A stretch of DNA of 64,000 bases from Eledone cirrhosa (taxonomy: Eukaryota), in the NCBI GenBank assembly GCA_964016885.1, contig OZ024740.1, positions 177,382,001 through 177,446,000 on the forward strand. The letters run 5' to 3'. Shown piece after piece: positions 26,336 through 40,839 of the stretch; the first letter of the stretch is position 1, and each line of letters starts with the position of its first letter. The notes under the pieces were generated by a model. The model was not told the origin of the DNA, did not search any database, and saw nothing but the letters and a program-made list of their open reading frames with translations. A program made the position numbers and the translations under genes.

Positions 26336-27430
26336 CTTCGGAGCAAACATACAGTGGTAAAATTCTTGGATATCACATTTAGTCGAAAACTAATAGCCCA
26401 CTATTACACATCCATAATAATCCAATCACTCACAATCTGATGCCATCAAGTATGTTCCATTACATATCAACAAAAGGATAAATAAACTATGTTTAGACGA
26501 AAGTAGTTTCGAAAAGGCTGCATAATATTACTGAATAATTCCGTTATATAGCTGTTACCAGTTACTTAGTGGCTTGATCTAACCACTGCCCTATCGAACT
26601 AGAAACAGTTATAGTTGGACATAAAATTTTATAAACGTTTCGTGAACGGTCATAATACCCCTAGTTGTTCAAAAAAATCATTTCGATGCGCTGTAATGTA
26701 AAAATATTAAAAGCGCAAAACCAATGAAACTTGGATGCAATTAGTGAAATATAGATCTTTCCTCCCAGAACGGAAAATCTACAGACCACCGCATGAAAAT
26801 ATATAGGTCTAACAAGTCACTCATTAAAAGGTGTCCTTCACCAATACAACCACCCGTTAGGACAGATTCACATAAATATTAATCAATCACATTCCAGCAA
26901 CTGGTGCCGCCAGTCATTGGGGTAACACTCTAGACACATGGTCTCTATTCACTGTCATGCATAGAAAGGTCTCGATGTTGTGACCAGTCCTGTCTTTGAT
27001 GTTCGCGGACGACGAGTTTCTTTGTCTGCCTCTCCTTCGCTCTCATTCGACAGAGCTCTGAAGGATGATTTTAGACAAGGACACATACATATAAAGATAA
27101 TAAAAAGCTCCAGTGGGCATAAACCGTGAAAAAAAATGAAAAAACTTAATTGCCACAAAATCATTACCCAAAGTAAGGGCAGCAATAATACAAGTAACAA
27201 TAACAACAACAACAACACACTATAGCAGCTGCATCATTATTGACAGAGTCGATAAACGTAAAAGTCATTCTATGAAACGTTTATTTAACAAAGATTGGCT
27301 GACATAGGTATATAGCTTTAAGTGGTACATATGATATCAACCCAGCGATGTAATGACCAACATTTATAGTTTCACGGTTAAGTGAATATGACAAAAAGAT
27401 GTACATATATATATATAAATGTACGTACGC

Positions 27431-27461
<31 letters not shown>

Positions 27462-27464
27462 TAC

Positions 27465-27496
<32 letters not shown>

Positions 27497-27529
27497 TTAT
27501 ATATATATAAACACACACACGCACACACA

Positions 27530-27577
<48 letters not shown>

Positions 27578-28759
27578 ACGTATATATATGTACTATATAT
27601 ATATATATATATGTGTGTGTCTACGTATATATATATATATGTACGTATATATATATATAATATATATATATTTGTTTGTGTATGTATAATAAAACTCTTG
27701 ATATTTAATTACCCACTTCTTTATGATTCACAATTATCAAATCTATTTTATTTACGTAATAATTAATGTTTATGATTCAGATATTTAATTACTTAACAAC
27801 GATAACCACACAAAGTTATTAGCAAGCTTTGTGTTAGAGATAAGGTTTTATATAGATAGAGATTATAATGTTATTGTTACTTTCAGTTGCAATAGTGCTC
27901 TATGGAGAGGCAGGCGTCAAAGTAAATCTGGTTCGTCGAAACTGAAAGGAAGTGAAATATAGATTTCATTTGACTAGACAGGCATAGCATTGAGCAACCG
28001 GGTTGATAAACTAGCTTAAAAGGAAACCTGCAAGTCGCTGCTTGTTATGTTAGAAATACCAGCTGAAATAGAATAGATATTGAAGGACATTCAAAATAGT
28101 AATCTTGTCTGAGATGCTGACAACACCATGGAAGTTTCCTCGGCTGGAACATTTCTAAGAATAACATTTCTCTGCCAGAGCTGACGTTGGCCTAACAAAC
28201 CACACCCACATCAATAACAGTAACAGCAGTTACACCTACGACAAGAACAAAAACTGCAACAACAGTAATGACAACGAAATACCGATTGTGCTGCTCTATA
28301 GACGATCGACATGCTAGAAATACAGCCAAAATATCTTTTAAATTAGACTATATTCTCTCATAAAACGTCAGGACACAAAATGAAATTTTAGCTACGCACA
28401 GAGAGAATGGTAGCAATAACAATATTGCATGATTGTTTATTCCTTTTTAGCGAATCCACAGTATGGCAATGAAATGATTCGTGGGGCCGCGGCGTAACAC
28501 TTCGTTTATGGCTATTTCAACAAAGACGATTCCGAGAGAGCGGAGACACGGATACATTAATTTTCTTGTTCTATATCTATCAACCATTGAGGATGAAATA
28601 TTAATTCAGAATGTAGAGAGTTAGATCAGACACCACAGGACAGTATATATTACTCTTTAGCGTCTCTACGAACTTTTTTACGAAATGCGGTAGCCAGGAA
28701 ACGAGAGACATTACTGCCTACATCAACAGTCACCGTGACATTTCGCCAGGGAGGTGATC

Positions 28760-30730
28760 TGCTGCGAACAACCAATGCCAGCAGAAAAAATTGCAGGCGA
28801 ATAGATGGACCTCATATCACAAAGATTTGAGGCAGTGGGGGAGATTTTTTTCCATCAACACCTTCAAAGTTCCACAGTCACTGATGGTGGCGCGAATGGC
28901 ACCACACACATAATAAAAACATTAGGGAGAGGTTCCCTCTAAACCTGGGAACCCAAATGTAAAAGCGATGAGCAGGCTTTTAAAGGTGTTCCCAAAGGAT
29001 TACCCACCAAAGATGGAGGTCGAACTATCAAATCTCCAACAGCACCCGGAGGGCAAGTAGTCCTCACCCCATTGTTTTTTTCTTTTGATTAAACAGCCAA
29101 CAGAAGTATTATAAGAGTAGGTTGCACAAATGCTAGTGGCATGAGATTGTCCTAGAAGGATGTCGCTTGCTGAAAATCTTCAGATCGGTAGATATGGATG
29201 TGACTGCCATCAGCGAGCCTAGCATTTCCGACACACGCGCACTAGCCCCAATTTTCGACGACTATCTGATCTTCACATCTCCTAGTCGCCTTGGAATGGA
29301 AGGTGGCGTGGCAGTATTGTTTAGGAAAGGCCTGGATCTCGAGGTAAGGACGATCTTCAAGGACCCGGACTGTAACTTATGGTCCTGGAAGTAAACAACT
29401 GGCAGTTTGGAACCATCTAGATTGTATAGAGATAGTTTTTTCGTTAGATCAGCAGATAGGGGTAGTGTAGGTTGTCCTCATTTCCAAACGGTCGCCTATT
29501 CAGATGGCAAATTTATGATCTGCATGGTCGATCCCAATAGAATATGTAGTCTAGGATCTGGTTACTGGAAACTTACAACGTCATTTACGGCGCATAAAGC
29601 CTACAGTTCGGGTCACCCCTAGCTAAGTGTAAGCTGACAGGGGGAACGTCAACAACAGGTAGTGGGGTGCTCTGATGTGAGAGATTAGACGGGTTTTAAT
29701 AGCTTATAGTAAAGAATTGGTGATAGAAAATTCAGAGAGGGGGGAGATTCTTGCCACCAGCCCCTTTAAAGTACCACAGTCACTTATGATAGTGCAATTG
29801 GCACCTCAAACATATCAAAACATTAGGGAGAACTTCCTGCAAGACGTGGGTACCCCAAATATAAAAGCCACAAGCATACCTTTAAAGGGGTTCTCAAAGG
29901 AACACCCACCAAACATGGAGATCGAATCACCCTATTTCCAACAGAGCCAGGATGGTATGTAGTCCCCGCTGTCATTTTCTTTTTCTTTTTTGATTAACCA
30001 GCCAACATGGCGATTATAAGAGTATGTTGTTTAAATGTTCGTGACCTGTGGTCGTCCTGGAAGCACGGTCGCTTTCTGTACTACCACAGATCATTAGATA
30101 TGGATATGATTACTTTCAGCGAGACAAGGATTTCCGACACACGCTTAGTCGACCGGGAATGATGGAGGGGTGGTAGTGTTGTTTAGGAAAGGCCTGGATC
30201 TCGAGTTAAGGAGGATCCTTCTGAATCCGGACGGTAAGTTGGTGGTCCTGGACGTGAGAGAAAGAGGTAGTGTGGTGGATCAGGTTTAAAAGACCGAAGA
30301 CAGACTCTTTCTTCTTCGGTCAATCCCTCATCAACTTTTTCTAGTTTCACTTGAAAACGAAGGTGAGGGTGGAGAGGGAAGAGCTGCTCCCCAATACATT
30401 TGCTAAAAAGTGGATGAATGTTGCGAGAATGGCCCGTGTGAACGGGCCTGCTATGAGCATACGCCTGTAGGGTGGTTGATTTGAAGAGAAGAGGCTTGTC
30501 TTCCCGGATGCTCTCGGAGCGTCGGGTGTTTCAGGATTGGTGGGTTTCTTTAGTCACCCCTGTGTGGTTCTCCCCCATATTGGGAATCTGTATTGTTATA
30601 TTTTTATTGTTTATTGTAATGGTTGTATATATCTTTTTTACTCAATTTTATTTTAAACCACCACTGTCCTTGACTAATGTTCCCTATATGTAGGCCCTTG
30701 TGGCCAATAAGGAAACAATTATTGCTATTA
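28760..30730 (+). mobile_element. Decayed and rearranged L1/Tx1 fragments related to 37416-42944
   Basis: RSVDMDVTAISEPSISDTRALAPIFDDY, GSGYWKL; 3' end gcccttgtggccaataa shared with the full copy. Confidence 0.88.
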
Positions 30731-31689
30731 TTATTGTGATTCAACATGAATATTCTCCCTATTTTCATTGGACATAAATCGGTCAGTCATTATTGCTGTT
30801 TTGTTTTGATGACTTAAGTCAAACTGCAACAACTCTGATTTCCAGGTAATAATAATAAAAAAAAAAGCATAACAAGAGACGAAACTATACAAAACCCACA
30901 CAAAAATCAAGCCCCGCTTTATCCCCATCCCGCAGCGTTACGTAATTAGATTTGAGGGTATTAAGAGTTAAGTAAGGGCTTTTTTTGTTTGTTTGCTTTT
31001 TTTTTTTTTTTGGTGATAAGTAACGATTATGATATTAATCATTAACTGTCCGTATTTATTCGTTAATTTACGTATGTTTTTGTTTGCAGGGAGTGGGAGG
31101 GGACATACTTTATTTATCTATGATTATTGTTCGTTTTTATTTTTATTTTAACCTATTCGAATCTTTTCCCCCCAAGTCTTTGATAAACTTTTAAGTATTT
31201 GATAAAGATTTGAAAAAAATAATTTATTTGTTTGACTCATATATATATATACAGTGGTTTGTGTGTGCGCGTACATACAAACAGATATAGTTTAATGCAT
31301 GTAGGAGATGATGTTTAATCGAATTATTTGATACATGTCTTTCTGGCGGCTGAAAGTATTACTAAGCAAAGGCAATGAAAAGTCATGTCGACCTTTTAAC
31401 AAAGACAAACATGTAAGGTATTTTACAATATGAAATATAGTGTAGAAATATGAAAACAAAATGGAAATCAAAGCCGACGTGCTATCACATGGCTGAAAAC
31501 TAGGTCTTTGTTTTTGTTTGTGATGAAAACAATACCGCCTTACGGATGACGGATGTTTTCGTTTTTAATAAAAGGAGTGGGCGGCTGCACATTATAAACA
31601 GAAGAAAAAAAAGATATTCGAAGTAAACATATTATCTTTCAACCGAGATCTGGGAACTGAATCGACATCACAAATCACTATAATTGCAA

Positions 31690-32110
31690 TCAGAGACCAA
31701 CATACCTGACAAAGTCTCTCTACAATTCCTTATTTTCCAGTGCTCCTGGTTACTGCTCCCTAATGAGGTTTGTATCATCTGAGAGTTGATAGATGAACGT
31801 TCGAGCAGGTCTTCCTCTACTGCGTCTCCCATGAGTTGGTTCCCATAACAGTAACTTATGTATAACTTCCTGCTTACTTCTCCAGCAATGTCCTGCAAAT
31901 AGTAAAAGTTTTTGAGCAATTAGAGTTATCTTGGGTAAGTTTACGTATAGATCGACACTGTTCAGTCAGTGTTGATCTATACATCAACACTGACTGAACA
32001 GATGTCCTAAAGAATGATAGTTTGATACGGAATTCTAATAGTTTTCCATAAATCTGCTCACCAGAATGTTTAAGAAGTTCGCTACGAAATCATGAGGTGG
32101 CGTTGGTATT
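31690..32110 (-). mobile_element. Decayed RTE LINE 3' fragment
   Basis: Minus frame LFAGHCWRSKQEVIHKLLLWEPTHGRRSRGRPARTFIYQL. Confidence 0.85.
31958..32001. repeat. Perfect 19-bp inverted repeat, 6-nt loop
   Basis: ctgttcagtcagtgttgat-ctatac-atcaacactgactgaacag. Confidence 0.95.
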
Positions 32111-32530
32111 CTGGGAATATGGTTGTAGTAGCAGCACCAGCAGTAGTAGTAGTAGTAGTAGTAGTAGCAGTAGCAGTAATAGTTAATAGTAATAGTAGCC
32201 AGAACAAAATACTTTGCAAGAGTGACTCTTCATTTCAGCGACGGTGTGTCTAGTCAATGAGATATACTATATATACCCTTGTATAATATATACCCTTGTA
32301 TATTATATTATATACATATATTATGTAAACACACGCCATTCACAATTCAATCATATGAAATATATAGCCGGATGCAAGCCGAGCAAAGTGAGTGCCATTA
32401 AAATGACAATGGTGATCATGATGATTATGATGATGATCATGATGATGATTATAATGATGATGATGATTAGAAGGAGGAAGTGGTGCAGACCAGGATAATG
32501 ATAATGGTGATAATAAATATGTTGATGATA

Positions 32531-32713
32531 ATAATTGTTTCTACTTTTGGTACAAGGCCAGCAATTACCCCAGTGGATTACTGGTGCTATATTTTATCGA
32601 CCTCGTAAGGACGAAAGGCAAAGCTATCCTCTGTGGGATTTGAACTCAGAACGTAAAAGGCCATAACTCTATGCTGCAAAGCATGGTGTCCGACCCTCTA
32701 CCAATACTGCCAA
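32531..32713 (-). mobile_element. tRNA-derived SINE
   Basis: Same family motifs as 18130-18304. Confidence 0.88.
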
Positions 32714-33178
32714 GATAACAAAGATAATTGGGCAGACAAAAGCTGTGTGGAAGCCCGTTGCATAGAGTGTACCATTAATTCACTGTCCCGGCCTTGTCAA
32801 TATGTCATGAACAAATCAATGATGTTGCCTCGATATGGTTGCTGGCCTTGTTAAAACTATTTGCCAAATCTGCCTCAAATCTGACACTATTTAAACAGAG
32901 AGGGGCGTATTGAACATATAATGTGGTCTTGGTTTCACAACACATAAGAAAAACAGAGAGATGGAATATTTGTGATTATTCGCCGATCAGGATTGATTTG
33001 AAGCTAAACAACATCAAAAATATCAAAAACATCAGCAACAATCTTGTTTTTATCTTGACTGTGTCTATAAAATAAAGTAGCAGTAAAGCACTGGAGTCGA
33101 TTTAATCGACCTTCCACTCCCTTTCAAATTGCATGCCTTGTGCCTAAATCAGAAACCATTATTATTATTGTTGTTATA

Positions 33179-33378
33179 GGGCGGTGGATTGGCAGTATCG
33201 GTAGAGGGTCGGACGCCATGCTTTCCAGCATAGAGTTACGAACCTTGCCATTCTGAGTTCAAATCCCGCCGAGGTTAACTTTGCCTTTACATCCTTACGG
33301 GGTCGATAAAATAAAGTACCAGTAATGCACTGGGTAATTGCTTGCCTTGTGCCTAAAGTAGAAACAATTATTATTATT
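33179..33378 (+). mobile_element. tRNA-derived SINE, full length, (ATT)n tail; older partial copies at 33045-33170 and 33385-33540
   Basis: A-box-like tggcagtatcgg and B-box-like gagttcaaatcc. Confidence 0.92.
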
Positions 33379-34347
33379 GTTGTCATTTCGAACATAAGCA
33401 CAAGACCAGAAATTTGAGCGATGGTACTTTGGTTCATCGTATTTTATCGAAGGATGAAAGTCAAATTCGGCATTGGTGGGATTTGAACTCTGAATGTAAA
33501 GGACCGGAACAGATGCCTCTAGACCGTTTGTCGAACGTTACATCGTTTCTACTACACCCAAGCCCCGCCCCGATCATGAGAGTGGTGATTTTAATTTCAG
33601 TGAATGAGAAACGCGCTTCTGTCGCCGTAACTCGTGCCCACTCGTAATTCATACTTTCTAATTATGAAATTGATATCATATACACGTCATTCGACCGAAT
33701 ATAAGCCGATTTCTTTTACCTGTCGTGCATCCGTACGTGTGTGCTTGTGTCCGCGCTAGGACACACGTACGTAAGTATTTGTGGTTTCATATATATTTGT
33801 ACAATATGTACGTGTATGTATGTATGTTTTCTGTGTATATGTGAAGAATGTCTGTTATGTATTGGACAGGCGCACAAGCACGTGTGCCAGTGACCGTTTG
33901 TCTGTAACCGTATGTCAGTCTGTACTTTAAGGATTGGTGTGGTGACAGATAGTGTTGGTGTTAGGTTTTCTAAAATGTACAAAAATACAAAGCACAGAAA
34001 GGCGGTCGATAGTCAAAAGATTAATTGTTAATTGACCTTATTGTATTCGTTTTAATGTAAGTTTTTCGTTGTTTCGACTGTTTGGCTTTTTATTTTTTAT
34101 TTATTTATTTTTTTTTTTTTAGGCTGCGGGAGTATTTTTGTTATCCATTACTACATTCAAATTATGTCGGAGTCAACTGTCTTTCCTGCTTCCACAATAA
34201 CTAGAAATAACTATCAGTCACATACTATGCTTTGTGTAATGGAGTATAACTCTCCTTCAGAATTGCAATCTCTATGCTAATATTGAAAACCAAAGTGGAG
34301 AGGAAGTTAAGTAGCAGAATTGTGGCCAAACTAATTTGCGTTATCTA

Positions 34348-34524
34348 ATAATTGTTTCTACTATTGGCACAAGGCCAGCAATTACCCAGTACATTACTGG
34401 TACTTTATTTTATCGACCCCGTAAGGATGAAAGGCAAAGTTAACCTCGGCGGGATTTGAACTCAGAATGGCAAGGGCCGTAACTCTATGCGTCAAAGCAA
34501 GACGCCCGACCCTCTAGCGATACT
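34348..34524 (-). mobile_element. tRNA-derived SINE; older plus-strand copies follow to 34890
   Basis: Same family motifs. Confidence 0.9.
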
Positions 34525-35379
34525 AAATAATGTCCCTTTATGTTCTCATCTCTAATCCGTGCCAAGTCGGCTTTATCTTTTGTACATCATTAGTCGTTAA
34601 AATAATGCACCATTCAATTAATGTACTGAAATTTTTGGCCTTGTGTCTATGTACGAATTTTTTTATTATTATCATCAGTGGTTATGGCACTGGATTGCCA
34701 GTCATGAAAGCGGTGAACAAAATGCGTCATAGTACTTGGATACGGGTCTGTACCCTCTAAGTTCAATTTTGACTATCATCCTCAGGGGTGGAAAAATAAA
34801 GTAACAGTCATGTCTTGAGATCGATTTAATCGAATTTCCCATCTCAAAATATTGCGGGCCTTGTGATTATGTTAGAAACAATTATTATTGGCAGTTTAGT
34901 TATTGCTCTTTTTTCATGTAAGAGAAGAAAGCATATGACAAATATTTTGTTTGTTTTTTCTATATATTTTGTATTTGACTTTAAGTGCTCATGGTGTTAT
35001 TTTATTTATACATTTAATACTTAATATTTCCTACTAGTTCCATATCCAGGTGCAAGTTATTTTCAGTATCTACAATTCCTTTATCATAAAAAAATGGCAC
35101 AGCATATAGTCAATTTATTCACTAATCAATTAAGTAATTAAATAATTAATTATGTTACTAAAGTAAATGTCTTAATTTTAGATCAAACGGATAAGAAGTA
35201 CGAAAGAAGGAAGAAGAAAATGAAATAGTCACACAGAATTCGAGAAGGCAATTATTTTAAATGATTTTAATTAATTTTCTTATCATGCCCCCCACCCCCA
35301 AGTTAGTTCATGTTTAAACTGAAGTGTTCAGTCTGAACCCACCACATCCAAGACTCTTCTTAATCGTCTGCTGATGCAC

Positions 35380-36350
35380 GTTGTATTTAAAATGCTATTG
35401 GAAGCTCAGTATAGTTTCCGTCTATAAGGAGACACGTTATATCATGAAAGCCTTTGTCACCGTCAATAGGTAAGCGCATTGGAGTATTCTCCTGAAGATC
35501 TGATGTCATGAGAAGATTACGGGGCTTATATGTTCATTGCATAATGACATGAGGGCGTGGGTTTGCATCAATAGTGAGCTTTTAGAACCTTCTCAGTTGA
35601 GGTAGGCGTGGAACAGGGTGGCCTGTACGCTCCCACTTTGTTTGCCATCTTCCTTGCAGTTGTCTTATTAAAAGCATTCACCAACACTGATGTTGGGATA
35701 TATAGATATATATATACGTTATCGAACAACATGGAGGCTCTTTAACATCCAACGATTCTTTGTTGCATAAAAAACATATATTTCACTGACACGTGATATT
35801 CTTTATATAGACAACTGTGATTTTGTTAGCTACACGAGGGGAAATTTCAACTTGAGATGGATTGCCACCAACTTGTCATTAGTCGGGGCTGATAATTAGC
35901 CAGAAAGCGTCAGTGGTTATGGACCAGCATGCACCCAGAAACCATATATTCCCCCAGCCATTTCTGTCAAAGGAAAATATTGAAGGTTGTGGATAGGTTC
36001 GTCTACCAAAAGCATCATCCTTGATGAAGAGGCCAGCTAGCGGCTCTCTAAAGCTTTCGATGCTTTTGGTAAGCAATGTGTGCATGAGATTTGAAGTGTA
36101 TCAAGTATATGTGCTTAAAGCCTTCCTGCGGGCGTATCCAGCACCTCGAACATTTCCACCAACAATGCTTGAGCTCCCTCCTCAAGATCCCGTGGAGGTC
36201 GTATACTGATGTGCGGCAGCGTGACTGTCGGCCAAGCATCAAGACTATGATCATGAAACAGCGTTTCCTGTGGTCAGATCACAATCATGCATAGAGGACA
36301 GCAAATACCCAAAACAAGTATTGTAAGGAGAGCTGTTGCAAGGTAAAAGA
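35380..36350 (+). mobile_element. Highly decayed RTE LINE RT region
   Basis: GVEQGGLYAPTLFAIFLAVV; HLEHFHQQCLSSLLKIPW. Confidence 0.8.
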
Positions 36351-36645
36351 AACATACCTGCACTGTGTGGTATGACATGTAAGTGTCTTCCTGTTTGGTG
36401 AGTAATCTAAGGTGACATCAATGAAGAAACATCAATAACACGCTTTTGTCTGATTTTTTTTCTGAGATATGACCATAATCGGATACCAGTTGCTTTCCGC
36501 CATATATGCCTGTAGGTATGTGTGCGTTTATGTGTGTATAGAGTAACATGAATGAACAGATATTTACACATATGTGTGTGTGTGTTGAGAATTTAAAATC
36601 TATACTTATTTATACACATATCTTTTCATTCATGTTATCCTAGAT

Positions 36646-36800
<155 letters not shown>

Positions 36801-37248
36801 TCAACCCATTCATATTATCTATTGCAGATAGTTGAAATAGATATGGTGAAATTCGAATCATCTAGGATATTAAGTGTTAATAGTACCAATAATGATAATA
36901 ACTGTGTTTTGTTTAAAACTATTTTGCTTGTTTGTTTGTTGTTTACATTATCTCATTTTGTGCTTGCTTTTTACATTGCCTTCCCACCTCGTCTTTACTG
37001 GCGACACACTGAAACACTTGTTTATGATAACTTGTCTGTCTAACGAGGATTGGTTAAATGTGTGTGCATCTGTATGCTTGAGTGTATATGAATGAGTGTA
37101 TATGTGTGACTGAGTATTGAGGAGAGATCGATAAGGAATGTAAGATACGTTTGGAAATGATTTTTCTGTCCACGTCTCTGGTGAGGTTGATAATAGGGAT
37201 AATAATTATATATATATATATATATATATATAGTAATAATAATAATAA

Positions 37249-37395
37249 TAATTGTTTCTACTTTTGGCACAAGGCCAGCAATTACCCAGTAATTTACTGG
37301 TACTTTATTTTGAAATCCCAGACGGGATTTGAACTCAGAATGGAAAGGGACGTAACTATGCTAGAAAGCATGGCGTCCAACTGCCGATACTGCCA
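37249..37395 (-). mobile_element. tRNA-derived SINE with internal deletions
   Basis: Same family motifs. Confidence 0.85.
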
Positions 37396-37690
37396 ATAAT
37401 AATAATAATAATAATGATTTCATTTATTGGCCACAAGGGCCGACATATAAGGGACAATACAAAAGACTGGGACAGTGGGGTTTTACAGAAAAATCGAGTA
37501 AACAATATGAATAAACAAAGTAACAATAACAAAGTAACAATAAAGTAACAAGAAAATTACAACAAGAAAAAATTCCCCAATAGGGGGGATGACCACCTAG
37601 GGTTCGCTCAGGTACCCCACCAGTCCTGAACGATCCGACGCTTCGAGAGAACCCTGGAACGGCACCCCTCTCCTCTTCAAATTGACCTAC

Positions 37691-40600
37691 CTACAGCCGC
37701 ATGACCAGAGTCGGCCCACTCACACGGGCCATTCTCGCCACATTCACCCACCTTTCAGCAAATGTACTGGGGGGCAGCACTTCTCTCTCCACCCTCACCT
37801 TCCTTTCCAAGTGAAACTTGAAAAAGTTGATGAGGGATTGGCCGAAGAGAAAAGTGTCTGTCTTCAGTCCTTTCAACCTCGTCCACCATACAACCTCTTT
37901 CGCTACCGCCACCAGACAGAGGAAAATTGCCTGCCCTTCCTGGCCAAAAGAAGGCGGCGGATCGATCTTCACTATGGACTCGGCCGATAGCCGGATCCGT
38001 TCTACACGCAACAACAGCTGTTCAACATAACTCCACAAGTCAGTAATGCACGGACACTGGACGAGTGCGTGCAGAACGGTTTCGTCGCTCTGCGCGCATC
38101 TCGGGCAGGTCCGTCTGACAGCACTTCCGTGCCTGTAGAGTTTATCACGAACCGGCAGTGCCCCCCGGTAGCACTGCCAAGCGAGGGATTTTTGGAAATT
38201 ATCCACGTCCCCGGCTCGAAAGTCCTCCGGTACAGACTGGTTAGTTCGACTTCGTTGACTCCCAGAGCCTCTCCGAGTGCGTCGTCGCACTTGCCCACCA
38301 CTAATCCTCTATAGAATTCGAGAGTGGAAGTTCCACTGACCGCATTGCCCGCCTGGTAGAGGGCAGTGAGTGCCTGGCAACATTCCAGATGCCAGTCACC
38401 CAGTCTCGGTCTCTTCTTGACCCAGGACTGCAACTCAGTCAAAGAAACGAGCTGCGGAAAGGCCCGTCTGACAAACGGCGAACACACCTGTTCACAGGTA
38501 TCAGGCAGAATATTCTTATCCACCTGGAGGTCTGGCCCGAACCAAACCCCTAGCAACTTTACCGGTCCGTCCGTCCAGCGCCTAACGACGCTGTTGGACG
38601 GCATGGACTTGCCTCTCCAGGTGCCGAGTTGCGAGCCTACTGACTTTTCCGGGTTAAGTTTTGCTCCCGTCAACCTTTCATATTCCTCCAATAAGTTGCC
38701 GACCACCTTGATTTCTGAGGTGTCCGAGACCATCACGGTGATGTCGTCCGCATAAGCCGACACAGCCTTTCCGCGTCCCGGTTCGAGCGGGATACCCTGC
38801 AACAGCCTTTACTGCGGAAGCAGTAAAGGCTCGAGAGTCAATACGTACAGAAGGGAGGAGAGAGGGCACTCTTGAAGGACCGATCGGGAGACCTGAAACG
38901 GTTCCGAGAGGTGGCCATTAATTTTGACCATCGAGCAGGTGCCGCTGTGCATTGCAGCGATCCAGCTTCTGAAGACGGGACCGAAACCAGCCGCCTTGAG
39001 GACAGCCTCCAGGTACCGATGGTCGACCCTATAGAATGCTTTCGATTGATCTAAATTGATCAGAGCCCCACCGAAGCCAGGTTTACACCCTACACTCTCT
39101 ATGATGTATCGCATTAGGTGGAGGTTGTCGTGTATGGACCTGGTTGGGATTGCGCAAGTTTGCGCCTCCCAAACCAAATGCCCGACTACAAGCGCCAACC
39201 TCTTCGCTAACACCTTGGCCAAAATCTTAAACTCTGTGATGAGCAGGGTTATGGGCCTGAAATTGTCTAATGTGTCCCTCTTGTTCTCGTCTTTCCTTAT
39301 CAGCGTCACTACGCCCCGGCTCACAGAACTGGGAATACTCCCGTTTTGTTGCCAGTTGCAGTAGTGGGCTTCGAGGAGATTGGAGAACAAGTCTGGCATA
39401 TTTACGTAAAGCTCGTAGGGCAGACCATCCAAACCGGGTGACTTGCGCCTCGTGCAGCCTACAAGGGCATCCTGAATCTCGGCTGAAGTAATTGGCATTT
39501 CGTAGCGCCCAGCGTCAGCCGTCAAGAGTTGCGGAAGCCATCGAGGTAGAGACTGAAGTCCGCCACCATCTCTGACCCGCCACTTCCCCCGAACAACCGA
39601 GCAAAATGTTGGCGAAAGGCCTCACACATCCTCTTGGAATCGCTCAGCTCGTGCCCGTCTTGGTCCGTCAAAGACCGAATCGTGGTTTTATTACCACGCT
39701 GCGCCTCTGCCACGCGGGCCCATCGAATAGCTTTGGTTCCCTCGTTTCTCAGAGCACGCGCCTTAGCTCTGACAATGCAACCTTCGTGTTTCGCATTGAA
39801 GAAATGGTCTAATGCCATTCTCGCCGCTAGCACATCAGTTGCAATGCCACTACCAATAGCCTCGTCTAACTTATCTACCAACTCCCCATCCTTTCTATTT
39901 TTCTCTAATGCTACTTCTTTGCTAAACTCTATCGACAATACTCTAATCTCTCTTTTGAGAGCCCCCCACCATCTATTGTTGACGACTCCCCCTGTCAACT
40001 TTTTCTTAACTAAATTGTTGACCTGGTCCCTGTAAGCCTTACGGGCCGGAAATGACATGTTTAGCTTCCAGTAACCAGGTCCTAACCTACGCGTCTTATA
40101 TAGGTCGACCATACAGATCACAAACTTGTGATCTGAATAGGCGACCGTTTCAAAACGTGGACAGCTTACACTATTTCTGTCTATTTTCCTAATGAATATC
40201 CTGTCTCTATACGATCTAGATGACCCTATGCGGTTAGCCCAGGTCCACACTGGCGCATTACGGAAATCTATTCGGTACCTGTCAGACAGTTGGAACTGGC
40301 TGATCAGGTTCTTGAGGCTTTTGCACCCCCCGCTCCTATCGGATACTCCCAGACAGTCCCAGCGTGCGTCTAAGATGCCGTTCCAGTCCCCCGCTAACAG
40401 TAAAGGGCGAGACGTACCCAGAAAGGCTTCCAGGCGTCTAAAGAAGTCCGGCCGTCCTGCCCCAGTAGGAGCATAGACGGCCACCAGTCTAAAGAAACCA
40501 CCTTCATTATTGTTCACGTCCAGGACCACCAACTTCCCGTCCGGGTCCCGGAAGATCGACCTTACCTCGAGATCCAGGCCTTCCCTAAACAGCACTGCCA

Positions 40601-40808
40601 CCCCGCCTCCCATTCCCGGCCGGCTAACAGATGCAAAGATCTGATAGTCGTCGAAAATGGGGGCTAGTGCGCGCGTGTCGGAAATCCTGGCCTCGCTGAC
40701 TGCAATTACATCCATTTCTATAGACCTGAGGTCGTTGAGCAGGTAATCCTGCTTCCAGGACGATCCCAGACCTCGAACATTTAAACATCCTACTCTTAAT
40801 ACGGCCAT
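37691..40808 (-). pseudogene. Tx1 ORF2 (AP endonuclease, reverse transcriptase, CCHC), frameshifted and probably internally deleted
   Basis: VGCLNVRGL, AGDWNG, YSDHK, KSPGLDGL, FRPITLL, LDQSKAF, YADD, CPRC..ETVLHALVQC spread over ORFs 39522-40808, 38809-39525, 38002-38802 and 37691-38290. Confidence 0.93.
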
Positions 40809-40839
40809 GTTGGCAGGTTAAACAGAGAGAGAGGAAGGT

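Noticed and set aside
31706-31892. Apparent 187-nt minus-strand exon with good AG and GT sites
   Set aside because: Another frame is clearly RTE protein (AGHCWR..WEPTHGRRSRGRP); exonisation would need RNA evidence
33179-33270. tRNA gene
   Set aside because: A/B-box-like motifs belong to the SINE head; no cloverleaf
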